Origin: Candidatus Baldrarchaeota archaeon
GTDB taxonomy: Archaea; Asgardarchaeota; Baldrarchaeia; Baldrarchaeales; DXJG01
Direction: 5' to 3'
DNA length: 32,000 nucleotides
NCBI GenBank assembly: GCA_019056805.1
Contig: DXJG01000002.1
Span: 433,103-465,102, forward strand
Position numbers and translations under genes: made by a program. Under the pieces are notes generated by a model. It did not search any database. It was given only the letters and a program-made list of their open reading frames with translations, and was not told the DNA's origin. Of this stretch, positions 1 through 9,196 are shown one piece after another (the first letter of the stretch is position 1; each line of letters starts with the position of its first letter).

Positions 1-1
1 G

Positions 2-451
2 GGAGGGTTTTATAAAGCTTCATGGGACTATTTGCTTTTAGCTGCTCCAGGATCGGTAACGGGTCTTACAATACTTTTCTTTCTCCGTTGGAGATTGAAT
101 GTATTATCTATGGGCGACGAGGAAGCTAAACTGATGGGAGTTAATGTTTATCGTGAAAGATTGCTTGTATTAATTTCAGCCACACTCGCCTGTGCATCGG
201 TTATCTCTGTTTCTGGTATAGTTGCATGGGTTGGTTTAATAGTTCCTCATATAGTGAGATCTCTAGTGGGTTCGGATAACAAATACTTAATACCAGCATC
301 CGCGGCTTTTGGCGCAAGTATTCTCGTGCTTACTGATGATTTATGTAGATCGCTTTTCTCTTTTGAAATACCGATAAGTATCGTTACAACGTTAGTTGCA
401 GCACCGTACTTCATATATTTGCTTAGAAAAGTAGGGGGTGAATGGCGCTGA
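2..451 (+). CDS. FecCD/BtuC-family iron-siderophore/cobalamin ABC permease, 5' truncated by the window edge
   Basis: Frame is open from position 2 (GGFYKASWDYLLLAAP...). It has the EAA loop 'LSMGDEEAKLMGVNV', 'SGIVAWVGLIVPHIVR' and 'EIPISIVTTLVAAPYFIYLL', all typical of the family. Confidence 0.92.
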   Translation, partial: GGFYKASWDYLLLAAPGSVTGLTILFFLRWRLNVLSMGDEEAKLMGVNVYRERLLVLISATLACASVISVSGIVAWVGLIVPHIVRSLVGSDNKYLIPASAAFGASILVLTDDLCRSLFSFEIPISIVTTLVAAPYFIYLLRKVGGEWR

Positions 452-1224
452 TAGTTGTTAAAGATGTACATTTCGCCTATGATGATAGTAAATTTGTATT
501 GCGAGGTGTGAATTTAGAGGTTAAGTTGGGAGAGGTAGTCACGCTGTTAGGTCCAAATGGCTCAGGTAAAACTACATTGCTTAGATGTATATATAAGGTG
601 CTTAAACCTAGAATTGGCTGTATTTACATTGATGGAAAAAATATTCTTGATCTAACATCTCGCGAAATAGCTAAGGTTATAAGCGGAGTTCCTCAAGAAC
701 ATGAGACTACATTTCCCTATAGGGTTATAGATGTTGTTGTTATGGGTAAAACGCCCTTTTTAGACTTGTTTTCAGCCCCCTCAATAAAGGATTATAAAGT
801 TGCTAAGAACATACTTGAAAAACTTGGGAAGGCAGAGCTGGCTGAAAGGCCTTACACTCAAATAAGTGGTGGTGAAAGGCAACTAGTCCTTATAGCTCGT
901 GCTCTCATGCAGAATCCAAGAGTAATGCTACTTGATGAACCAACTAAACATTTAGATATTGTAAATAAGATGAAAGTATTGAGTATTATAAAGAAACTTG
1001 CCGTTGAAAAAAGATTAGCTGTACTTATGACCCTTCACGACCCAAATGAGGCAATAATGTTCTCAGATAAAATAGTGTTAGTAAAAGAAGGAAAAGTAAT
1101 ATGTTCCATTTCTTCTGAAGAATTAACTGCGGAGAGTCTTGAAAAAGTATATGGTATGCCTTTTAGGCTCGTGAAAGATGGAAATGTCAAAACAATTCTA
1201 CCAGTATTGGAATACACGGTATAG
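442..1224 (+). CDS. ABC transporter ATP-binding subunit (FecE/BtuD-like)
   Basis: Walker A GPNGSGKT, signature ISGGERQ, Walker B LLLDEP-like 'MLLDEP' and H-loop TLHD. It overlaps the permease stop and has a GGGGTG SD. Confidence 0.95.
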   Translation: MALIVVKDVHFAYDDSKFVLRGVNLEVKLGEVVTLLGPNGSGKTTLLRCIYKVLKPRIGCIYIDGKNILDLTSREIAKVISGVPQEHETTFPYRVIDVVVMGKTPFLDLFSAPSIKDYKVAKNILEKLGKAELAERPYTQISGGERQLVLIARALMQNPRVMLLDEPTKHLDIVNKMKVLSIIKKLAVEKRLAVLMTLHDPNEAIMFSDKIVLVKEGKVICSISSEELTAESLEKVYGMPFRLVKDGNVKTILPVLEYTV

Positions 1225-1315
1225 AAACCGTTTTAACTCCCCTTTTACATGTTTATCTGTAAAATTTGTTAATATTGCAATTATTTTGTTAAAATTCTAG
1301 CTACTTGAAGCACAG

Positions 1316-2752
1316 CTATGTTATTGGTGTGAAATAAAGTGTCGGATGAGGCCCTGAAAAATCAATGTTGGCATTATAAATTACTGTCGGTGGAGAAACA
1401 CCATAGATGAATGCTCTTCCTTTTTTACTGAAAATTTTAAAAAAGTAGTCAGCTGTTTCTCTTAATTTAACGTTTATTTTTGTACTTGGAAAAGTCGCTC
1501 CAATACAAAGATCTTTTTCAAACTTTACTCTAGAAATAATTTTCATAGCTATTTTTTCAGCATTTTGATGGCCGAAATCTGATTCTATTTTATCAAAAGA
1601 TAAGAATAGCAAGATATTATCCTTTTTTTCTTTTTTAAATTCATTTATCACCTTATTTACGGTATCTACAAAGTGGTCTCCATGATAACTTGTATAAACA
1701 AGCCATGGAAACTGTTTTTCATCTTCTTTTTCCTCACTGGGGATAATGATTTTACAGTTTTTCTGAACTTTCTCCCTGCCTACCAAAGCAGCATAAAACT
1801 CGAAGAAATAGAGCGGGCTGAGACCCTTGCAAGGTACGACAACCACGCCTCTATCCTGCATCAAAAAGTTCTCTACGGGAACCCCAGCAACATTTTCAAC
1901 AATGAATTCGGGAGGAACTTCACCAGTAGCTTCAAGAAGAACAAAACTTCCTCTCTTGTACCCACCTACAATTTTATCTATTATTTTAGAACCCGTGCTA
2001 AACATGTTCTTTTCATAAAATTTTGTTCCTTTTCCGTCCTTTACTGGAGGATGCGGTTCGTGAATAAACGTAGTTAATTCGATTGGTCTAAATTCATCAA
2101 AAAACCTGAATTTTCCATCATGTAACGTAAAATAGTAGGTTGGATTTTTTATTTCAACACCTCTAAGCTTCTCTATAACCAACTCCCTAAACAATCTTTC
2201 ATCAATAAACTTTTTCTTAAAAGCCAAAACCCCATCACAAATATAGTCTAGAGCGGTTCTCTCCGTTCTTTCAGTTATAATAAGAGTTCTAATTCCGGTA
2301 TTTTTTACAACATCAATAATTTTAGCACATGTTTCTTCTACAGATAATCCTACAAAGGAAGCAACTGCATCAATACTATCTACTGCAACAATCGGAGAAA
2401 ATTTTGCAGATATTTTTTCCTCAATAACCGTGTAAAGTCCTTTAAGAAATTCAGGAAGAGATGAAAACCCTATGAACTGCGACACCTCCATCTTCTTCGG
2501 TACTACACTTTGTGTCGCATCAACAATATTTTCAGGCGGTATACTTTCCTTTATCCAAGGAAACTGGCTGTAAAGTGAACTTACATCAACCCTTGTAGAA
2601 AAATATATGCCACATCCCTTTTTAGCTTGATTAGCAATGTATTGCAAGCTAAAAATAGTCTTTCCAGATCCAGGTTCTCCCTTTATAAGTAAAGCAGCAT
2701 TTTTAACATTTTCGAAAAACTTCGTAATTTCGGGCGGGATCGTCTCTTTCAC
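1316..2752 (-). CDS. GvpD-like / KaiC-RecA superfamily ATPase with an intact N-terminal P-loop domain and a degenerate second domain
   Basis: GEPGSGKT, 'YFSTRVD', Walker B 'IVAVDSID', 'DYICDGV' and 'IEKLRG'. The second domain starts 'FSTGSKIIDKIVGGYKRGSFVLLE' with no GKT/S. Confidence 0.75.
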   Translation of the reverse strand: MKETIPPEITKFFENVKNAALLIKGEPGSGKTIFSLQYIANQAKKGCGIYFSTRVDVSSLYSQFPWIKESIPPENIVDATQSVVPKKMEVSQFIGFSSLPEFLKGLYTVIEEKISAKFSPIVAVDSIDAVASFVGLSVEETCAKIIDVVKNTGIRTLIITERTERTALDYICDGVLAFKKKFIDERLFRELVIEKLRGVEIKNPTYYFTLHDGKFRFFDEFRPIELTTFIHEPHPPVKDGKGTKFYEKNMFSTGSKIIDKIVGGYKRGSFVLLEATGEVPPEFIVENVAGVPVENFLMQDRGVVVVPCKGLSPLYFFEFYAALVGREKVQKNCKIIIPSEEKEDEKQFPWLVYTSYHGDHFVDTVNKVINEFKKEKKDNILLFLSFDKIESDFGHQNAEKIAMKIISRVKFEKDLCIGATFPSTKINVKLRETADYFFKIFSKKGRAFIYGVSPPTVIYNANIDFSGPHPTLYFTPIT

Positions 2753-2919
2753 CTATTACACCCGAAACTTGCTATATTAAACAAAGCATTGGAGTAATAA
2801 CTAATATAACAAATATCGTGCTGTTTAATTATATAAACATTGTGCTGCCATAGAATTTTAGGTTATGATATACGATTGAAAGTTCCGAACATGCTTCTAA
2901 AACCACAAATAGCTTCAAT

Positions 2920-4038
2920 TTATATATTGTCCTCTTCAACAATCCATACCTTTACCGAAACATCTGAATAATCCTTTAGCTGTCTTTTTATAATTGATAT
3001 GTCCTTTTTATTTGGTACAAAGGGGAAGTTTCTCAATTCACCTATGTACGCTTGATACGGTGTACAATTTGAAAAAGGCCGGTTACATGCGTTTTCTCTA
3101 TTTTTACTTGCACAACCAGAGGTCATAAATGGTAAACCACTTTCAACCACTTTATTGTAAACTTCTTCACTTATTCCAAAATCTATGATTCTTCCCTTCT
3201 CATCAAACTTCATATTTTCGTATCTTGAAATGCCCTTGTTTATCAAATATCTTGCCAGCTGAATTCTCCTATACTTACCTATTGGAGGCTGGGGAAGACT
3301 TTCCAATAGTGAACCTTCCTCCGGGAAGAACGAGAAAAGATGAGTTAAAGCACCCATATCGTATGCCTTTTGAATAGCTTTCACCATTTCCTCCTCGGTT
3401 TCACCTAGACCAACGATAAAATGTACACCCACATTATATCTACCAAAAATCTCAACGGAATCCTCAGCAACTTTCCAATAACGATCCCACTTATGAGGAC
3501 CTCCAACACCTCTGCCTCTCAACTTATCGAAAAGTTCAGGTGTTGCTGCATCAACGGCCACGCCAATTTTATCAGCCCCAGCTTCTTTTAAATTATATAA
3601 CCATTCTTTTGTTACAATCGTTGGCGTTATTAACGCAGAAATAGCATCTATCTTCCTACGTAGAGCCCTAACTATAGTTAAAGTATCCTCTCTAGCTCTC
3701 TTATGTGTAACCATTGAAATACAAACCCTCTCCACATGCGAACATCTTTCATCATCCATTCTTCTAAGAATTTCCTCTAGAGGAACAATAGGCCAATCTA
3801 CACGAATAAAACTTTTCTCAACCCATGAACCACCCACATGTCTAGACTTTGACAAACCACAATAAGCACATTTACCCAAACACCCATCATTATAAGTTAA
3901 CAAAAGATTAAGAGTGTAAAGTTTTGCACCCCTAAAGAACTGGCCAGGATAAAATCCCAACGTTATGGCAGCAGCAAGACTTATTCTCACATATTCTGGA
4001 GACTCGCCAACCTCAGAAATCTGAAAATCCTTTAACAT
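2920..4038 (-). CDS. lipS2: Radical SAM protein, LipS2-type (non-LipA) lipoyl synthase subunit
   Basis: CxxxCxxC (CLGKCAYC), N-terminal 'SPEYVRISLAAAITLG', BioB-like core and C-terminal TSGC...CNRP, matching the LipS2 Cys motif as I recall it. SD AAGGAGG. Confidence 0.7.
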   Translation of the reverse strand: MLKDFQISEVGESPEYVRISLAAAITLGFYPGQFFRGAKLYTLNLLLTYNDGCLGKCAYCGLSKSRHVGGSWVEKSFIRVDWPIVPLEEILRRMDDERCSHVERVCISMVTHKRAREDTLTIVRALRRKIDAISALITPTIVTKEWLYNLKEAGADKIGVAVDAATPELFDKLRGRGVGGPHKWDRYWKVAEDSVEIFGRYNVGVHFIVGLGETEEEMVKAIQKAYDMGALTHLFSFFPEEGSLLESLPQPPIGKYRRIQLARYLINKGISRYENMKFDEKGRIIDFGISEEVYNKVVESGLPFMTSGCASKNRENACNRPFSNCTPYQAYIGELRNFPFVPNKKDISIIKRQLKDYSDVSVKVWIVEEDNI

Positions 4039-4229
4039 AATTCCTTCCTCCTTGGTGGAGACTTGACATCTATAATTTAACTTTAGTGATATTATAAATG
4101 TTTTACAGGGAGCGACAGGGAAATAAGATTACATCCACCATGTTTTACGAAAGTTACTTTTCTAAATATACTTCATATAAATCCGTTATAGTTTTATTTT
4201 ATTTTTCATTTCTATCACTGGTGTTTCTA

Positions 4230-5507
4230 GTGAAAGTTTTCCTACTATACCCGCCATACACTAGTCATGTAGAAGAGGAAAAGAAAGGTCTTTTTCCTCC
4301 ATTAGGCTTAGCTTACATTGCAGCTGTTTTAAGAAGTCAAGGTCACCCCGTTAGAATAATAGATATGAACGTTGAAATAAAAAGCTTAGAGGAGTTAGAG
4401 AAGATTTGTGAAAAAGAAAAACCAGACATAGTTGGAATAAGTTCCACAACCATCACATATAATACATGTGTAAACATTCTAAAACACGTTAAAAGTTTTT
4501 TACCATCCACAATAAGAGTCGTAGGCGGTCCTCATGCTAGTATTATGCCGCAGGAGTTTCTAGATTATTCAGATTTCGTGGTCTATGGTGAAGGAGAATA
4601 CACAATGCTAGAACTAATTAAAACACTAGAAAATAACGGAGATCCTTCAACCATCAAAGGACTAATATTTAAGAGAAACAAAAAAATTATCAAGACAGAT
4701 CCTAAACCTTTGATAAACGATCTTGATAGTCTACCATTACCTGCTAGAGACCTCTTACCAATGGAAGCCTATAACGATAATAAAGGTGCAATTCTTACTA
4801 GCAGAGGTTGCCCATTCAACTGCATTTTCTGTAATTCTCACCTAATTTTTGGCAAGAAGTTTAGAGCCAGAAGCCCTAAAAATGTTGTAGACGAAATAGA
4901 ATACCTAATTAAAACTTATAACGTCCAAGTGATCCGTATCCTAGATGACATGTTTACATTAAATCGAAAAAGAGTCTTAGAGATTTGTGATGAAATTCTA
5001 AATCGAGGTCTTAACATAGGCTGGGAACTAACGAACGGAACTAGGGTAGATAAGGTCGACAAAGAACTTTTGGAAAAGATGCATGAAGCAGGATGCTATA
5101 GAATCTATTACGGTATCGAATCAGGTTCTGAAAAAGTTTTGAAACTTCTAAGGAAAGGTATTAAGCTTGATCAGGTTAGACGTGTCGTAAAATGGACCAA
5201 GGAGATCGGTATAGAGGTTGGCGGTTTCTTTATGATAGGTGGACCAGGGGAAACAATGGAAACGTTGAAAGAAACTGAGAATTTTATTGACGAGCTCGAT
5301 TTAGATTATGTTCACCTTAGTATTGCAACACCTTATCCTAGAACCGATTTTTGGAACTGGGTTCTTAAAAATGGTAGATCTGTTACAGACGACTATAGTA
5401 AGTTTGAAAAGGAGTTTATTTTTGAAACTCCCGATTTTCCTTGGGAACAAAGAATGAAAATATTTGAATACCTCCATGAAAAATATTGTTCCGAACATGA
5501 TAAGTAG
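4230..5507 (+). CDS. Cobalamin-binding-domain radical SAM protein (class B methyltransferase-like), about 425 aa
   Basis: 'FPPLGLAYIAA', 'VVGGPHAS', 'GEGE', 'SRGCPFNCIFC' and 'GIESGS'. Start moved from the track's 4098 to GTG 4230 because the extra 44 codons are low-complexity and the domain begins at VKVFLLYPP. Confidence 0.88.
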   Translation: MKVFLLYPPYTSHVEEEKKGLFPPLGLAYIAAVLRSQGHPVRIIDMNVEIKSLEELEKICEKEKPDIVGISSTTITYNTCVNILKHVKSFLPSTIRVVGGPHASIMPQEFLDYSDFVVYGEGEYTMLELIKTLENNGDPSTIKGLIFKRNKKIIKTDPKPLINDLDSLPLPARDLLPMEAYNDNKGAILTSRGCPFNCIFCNSHLIFGKKFRARSPKNVVDEIEYLIKTYNVQVIRILDDMFTLNRKRVLEICDEILNRGLNIGWELTNGTRVDKVDKELLEKMHEAGCYRIYYGIESGSEKVLKLLRKGIKLDQVRRVVKWTKEIGIEVGGFFMIGGPGETMETLKETENFIDELDLDYVHLSIATPYPRTDFWNWVLKNGRSVTDDYSKFEKEFIFETPDFPWEQRMKIFEYLHEKYCSEHDK

Positions 5508-5541
5508 CTATTACTCCCTCAATTTCTCATTGTAGCTGATT

Positions 5542-6393
5542 TTAGAATTTGTGAACTGTTCCCTTTTTCTTTACTCTTTCTTCGCTTTTTAGATATATAA
5601 GATAGCCAAGTGTTAGGTATATGATGTCTAGTACTGCTAATATGACTATGTTTTGCCATATCCATGGCTGCCATGGCCCGTATAGTAGAAATCCTCTGAA
5701 ACTTTCCACTCCATAGGTTATGGGCGAAACTCTAGCTACTACCTGTAGAAATGCTGGTAGTATGGTGATCGGATAAGCTGTAGAAGTCACTACCCAGAAT
5801 ACCGTATCTACCACATCTATAATCATCCAACCCTGTTTTACTGCAAGGACAATGCTACATATCATAAACCCTATGCCTTGAATAGCTAAAATAGTCAAAG
5901 CAACCGCTATAAGGGAAGGAAAAATCCCCCAGAGATTTAAATGAATACCAAAGACAACAATCATAACAACTAGTTGAAGCACTAATCCTGACCCCGTGTG
6001 AGTAATGCTATGTAGACCTTGACCAAAAATTATCGTAAATCTTGATACTGGAGACACTAAAACAGATTCAAGTGTCCCTATCCACTGTTCTCTCCTTAAG
6101 CTAAGACCCGTACCCCATAGAGCTGCGCTAGCAAACCCTAAGAAAGCAAATCCAAGCGATGTATAAGTTACAATGTCTCCTATACCCGTCATTTTTTCTA
6201 AGACCGGACTGTATCTACCTCCTGCTATTGCAAAACCGAAAATTATGAATGGCGCTAACCATAGAATCGGTGCTAAAATGAAATATAAAACACTAAGCGG
6301 ATACGAGAGTTCATCTTTCCAAACCTTAATACATATTGCCCATGCAGCTTTCACTTCTTTCAAAAGATTATTAATTTTCGTTTTCAGAGCCAT
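5542..6393 (-). CDS. ABC-2 type transporter permease
   Basis: Six hydrophobic segments, 'REQWIGTLESVLVSPVSR' and 'SPITYGVESFR'. Confidence 0.9.
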   Translation of the reverse strand: MALKTKINNLLKEVKAAWAICIKVWKDELSYPLSVLYFILAPILWLAPFIIFGFAIAGGRYSPVLEKMTGIGDIVTYTSLGFAFLGFASAALWGTGLSLRREQWIGTLESVLVSPVSRFTIIFGQGLHSITHTGSGLVLQLVVMIVVFGIHLNLWGIFPSLIAVALTILAIQGIGFMICSIVLAVKQGWMIIDVVDTVFWVVTSTAYPITILPAFLQVVARVSPITYGVESFRGFLLYGPWQPWIWQNIVILAVLDIIYLTLGYLIYLKSEERVKKKGTVHKF

Positions 6394-6404
6394 TTTAAAA
6401 CCTC

Positions 6405-7268
6405 CTAGTATTTCCCTGTTCCCCCAGATTTTTTAGTCTTGTACTCGGCGTATGCAAAAGCCAGATATCCGAATGTCCATAAAAATAACGTGAAAACACT
6501 CAAAATTATTATCATATCTAATATTGCATAGATGTCTTTGTTTAGCAATATTATAGCTCTTATAGCTGTTAGTGCATATGTTGCTGGTATTAGTAGGCTT
6601 AGAATCCTTGCTGCATATGGGAGTTTTGATATTGGATATCTAACTGGTATTAAAACGTAGAGTAGGGTATCTAGGAATTGCGTTAAAGCATCCGGATCTT
6701 TAAAAATCATTACTATACCTGCCATAGCCATTGCAAATCCATAAAATGCCAGAAGCATTAAAGTAAGTATTACAATAAAAGGCAAAATATACGGAAATGC
6801 AAATGGTATACCAAAGATCAATATAAGTACCACAAATTGCACCGTAGCGGTAAGAGTTGTAGTTACAGTTTCAGCTAGTGCAGCCCCCATTAAAATATCT
6901 ATTCGAGAGACTGGTGATACTAAAAGACTCTCAAGGGTTCCAGACATTTGTTCCCAACGCAAAGCATTTCCCATACCCCATACGGCGCTCATTACATACA
7001 TGTAAAGAACACTTCCAAGAATCACATAGCTTAACCAGTCAGGAGTTCCTGCCACAGATGCAAACTCTGCACTCATAGTACCACCAGCTAAAGCTAGTCC
7101 TTGGAATATTGCTGGCATTATCCATCCTATTGGAACAAGTGCCCAAAACAATATGTTAAAAGGATACCTTAATGCTATTTTCACGCTTTTCCACGCTATA
7201 GCCATAGTTACACCTAGACTCGGCGTCTCATCCACAAGAACATATTTAAACCGTGTTTCATTTTTCAT
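6405..7268 (-). CDS. ABC-2 type transporter permease (second paralog)
   Basis: 'WEQMSGTLESLLVSPVSR' parallels the downstream permease; it is multi-TM and has a GGAGG SD. Confidence 0.9.
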   Translation of the reverse strand: MKNETRFKYVLVDETPSLGVTMAIAWKSVKIALRYPFNILFWALVPIGWIMPAIFQGLALAGGTMSAEFASVAGTPDWLSYVILGSVLYMYVMSAVWGMGNALRWEQMSGTLESLLVSPVSRIDILMGAALAETVTTTLTATVQFVVLILIFGIPFAFPYILPFIVILTLMLLAFYGFAMAMAGIVMIFKDPDALTQFLDTLLYVLIPVRYPISKLPYAARILSLLIPATYALTAIRAIILLNKDIYAILDMIIILSVFTLFLWTFGYLAFAYAEYKTKKSGGTGKY

Positions 7269-8259
7269 CTTTTAGCCTCCTTCCAGTATACTTTATGAAA
7301 ACATCTTCAAGAGTAGGTTCCTCCACTCTGAAACTAATTACATGCATTCCAGCGTTGTTGAGAATGTTTAAAACTTCCCTAGCTGCTTCAGCACTGTTCT
7401 CAACGTAGATCTTTATTTCGTACTTTCCATTATTTAAACCACTTATCACTTGTTCAACATATGGTCTTGTTTCTATTTCCTTTATTGGAGGCTTCTCCGC
7501 AGTTTGTAACACCAGAACGCTCCATGTCGAAACTTCTCTTTTTAATTCTTCTGGTGTGCCGATACGAATTATTTTCCCTCTATCTATGAGAGCTATACGA
7601 TCGCAAAGCATATCTGCTTCTTCCATATAATGCGTAGTCAAAAGAATAGTTTTTCCTTCTTTCTCATTGAGCTGTTCCTTTATAAAAGTCCTTATTTCTC
7701 TAGCAAAAGCTGGATCCAAGCCCAAAGTAGGTTCATCCAATAGCAGAATCGGCGGATCATGAATGAGCGCCTTAGCAAGAATAATTTTCATCTTCATCCC
7801 TGAAGAATAATTTTCAATTTTATCGTCAGCTCTATCTTCAAGATCCATTAATTCTAGAAGTTCATTTACTCTTTGTTCAGCAATTTTCTTATCAAGCTTG
7901 TATAACCTTGCAAAGAACAGAAGATTCTCTCTAGCCGTCAGTTTCCAATATATACTTCTCTCACCACCAGTTACCAAGCCTATTCTCGCTCTAACCTTCC
8001 TAGCTTCTTTAACAACATCATACCCATCCACATATACCTCTCCTTCATCAGGAAGTATTAAGGTTGAGAGAATTTTTATCAACGTGGTTTTTCCAGCACC
8101 ATTTGGACCTAAAAGCCCAAATATTTCTCCCCTTTTCACACGTAAATTAACGTAATTTAAAGCCACAACTTCCCTTCTTCTAACTGGAAAAACATAAAAC
8201 TTCCTGATTCTTTCGGTAAACTTCTTATAAAGATTGATAGTTTCTATGGCAAAATGCAT
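7258..8259 (-). CDS. ABC-2 (DrrA/NodI-like) ATP-binding subunit
   Basis: GPNGAGKTT, YSSGMK signature, LLLDEP, TTHYMEEA and C-terminal 'EPTLEDVFIKYTG'. Confidence 0.95.
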   Translation of the reverse strand: MHFAIETINLYKKFTERIRKFYVFPVRRREVVALNYVNLRVKRGEIFGLLGPNGAGKTTLIKILSTLILPDEGEVYVDGYDVVKEARKVRARIGLVTGGERSIYWKLTARENLLFFARLYKLDKKIAEQRVNELLELMDLEDRADDKIENYSSGMKMKIILAKALIHDPPILLLDEPTLGLDPAFAREIRTFIKEQLNEKEGKTILLTTHYMEEADMLCDRIALIDRGKIIRIGTPEELKREVSTWSVLVLQTAEKPPIKEIETRPYVEQVISGLNNGKYEIKIYVENSAEAAREVLNILNNAGMHVISFRVEEPTLEDVFIKYTGRRLKDEK

Positions 8260-8526
8260 TTAGAACCCCTCCTTCTAAACTAAAATTGCAAAAGAAACAA
8301 AATAGAAGCTACAATGCATGCGATTAATTAAAAACAGTTACAAACATACATGCCACCGTAAATAAGTGCTTTTAACATTTTTTAAAACTTACGGCAATCA
8401 AGCTTATAAGTATTTTATCCTTCAATTTCAATGGTTAATTTCGTTATCGACTTGACGATATTAACATACTACAATAGAAAATTGTAGAATAATGTTTATC
8501 TCCGTTATAATAAAAGTAGGTGTTTT

Positions 8527-8624
8527 GGTGGGCTCGGTATATTTGGCATTTCTTTTTGAGGGGAGAGGGGAGGAGGGAATACCAAAAAAATCGTGTCGAG
8601 CCTTTCACCACACAGAGCTGTGGT
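8527..8624 (+). ncRNA. Candidate structured RNA (long G-U-rich hairpin), unclassified
   Basis: About 50% GC in very AT-rich intergenic DNA. Nested stems are GGTG/CACC, GGCTCGGTAT/GTGTCGAGCC and TTTGGCATTTCTT/AGGGAATACCAAA, followed by ACA. No family recognised. Confidence 0.3.
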
Positions 8625-8734
8625 TACTATTTGTCATCTCCTATAAACTTTTCTATTACATATTAAATACCCACCGACAACAAATCCATAATATTTCTCT
8701 AAAGACAATTATAGAAGGTGTAAACTGAAGATAT

Positions 8735-9196
8735 TTAGTGGTGTTCAGAGCTATTTTGGATTTTTACTAGAAATAATTCGTAAGGATCGCTTTTTAAGAT
8801 ACTTTCTGCTATGTCTCTCAACTTTGGGTGATTCGTTGGAATATTATAAAGGTTGTTGTTAATCCACTCAATAACTTCAAATTTAATCGAGATATCTACC
8901 TTTTTATTGTCTTTCCGAAAAGTCGCTCTAATTTTATCTGCTATACCATGCTTAAGTCTTCCATTTCCAACAGTACATCCTGACGCTACTTGGATACCAT
9001 CGATCACACAAGTATAAGGCGGTTTTCCAGGAGTTTCTATATAAATATAAACTTTTTCTCCTCTTTTTACCCCGAGGATATTGAAAGCTTGCAGCGTCAT
9101 CTTTAGCCCTAACACAAGACATGGACCTAAGTGTCCATGAAACCATTCCGCTATTCTAACAATATTTTCTTCCTCCAAAACATCCTCAACCAACAT
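8735..9196 (-). CDS. FmdE-family protein (formylmethanofuran dehydrogenase subunit E-like, metal-binding)
   Basis: 'FHGHLGP' and 'CVIDGIQVASGCTVGNGRL' are the FmdE/FwdE hallmark motifs. Confidence 0.85.
   Translation of the reverse strand: MLVEDVLEEENIVRIAEWFHGHLGPCLVLGLKMTLQAFNILGVKRGEKVYIYIETPGKPPYTCVIDGIQVASGCTVGNGRLKHGIADKIRATFRKDNKKVDISIKFEVIEWINNNLYNIPTNHPKLRDIAESILKSDPYELFLVKIQNSSEHH

Noticed and set aside
4098-4229. Track's 44-codon N-terminal extension of the B12 radical SAM ORF
   Set aside because: AT-rich promoter-like DNA in the divergent spacer; domain similarity starts at GTG 4230.
8492-8728. 78-aa + strand ORF
   Set aside because: No SD or recognisable motif; it spans the hairpin and polypurine tract and is probably a chance ORF.
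8735-9196. FmdE-like gene as evidence of methanogenesis or the Wood-Ljungdahl pathway
   Set aside because: FmdE-family proteins occur widely on their own, and no fwd/fmd catalytic subunits are present.
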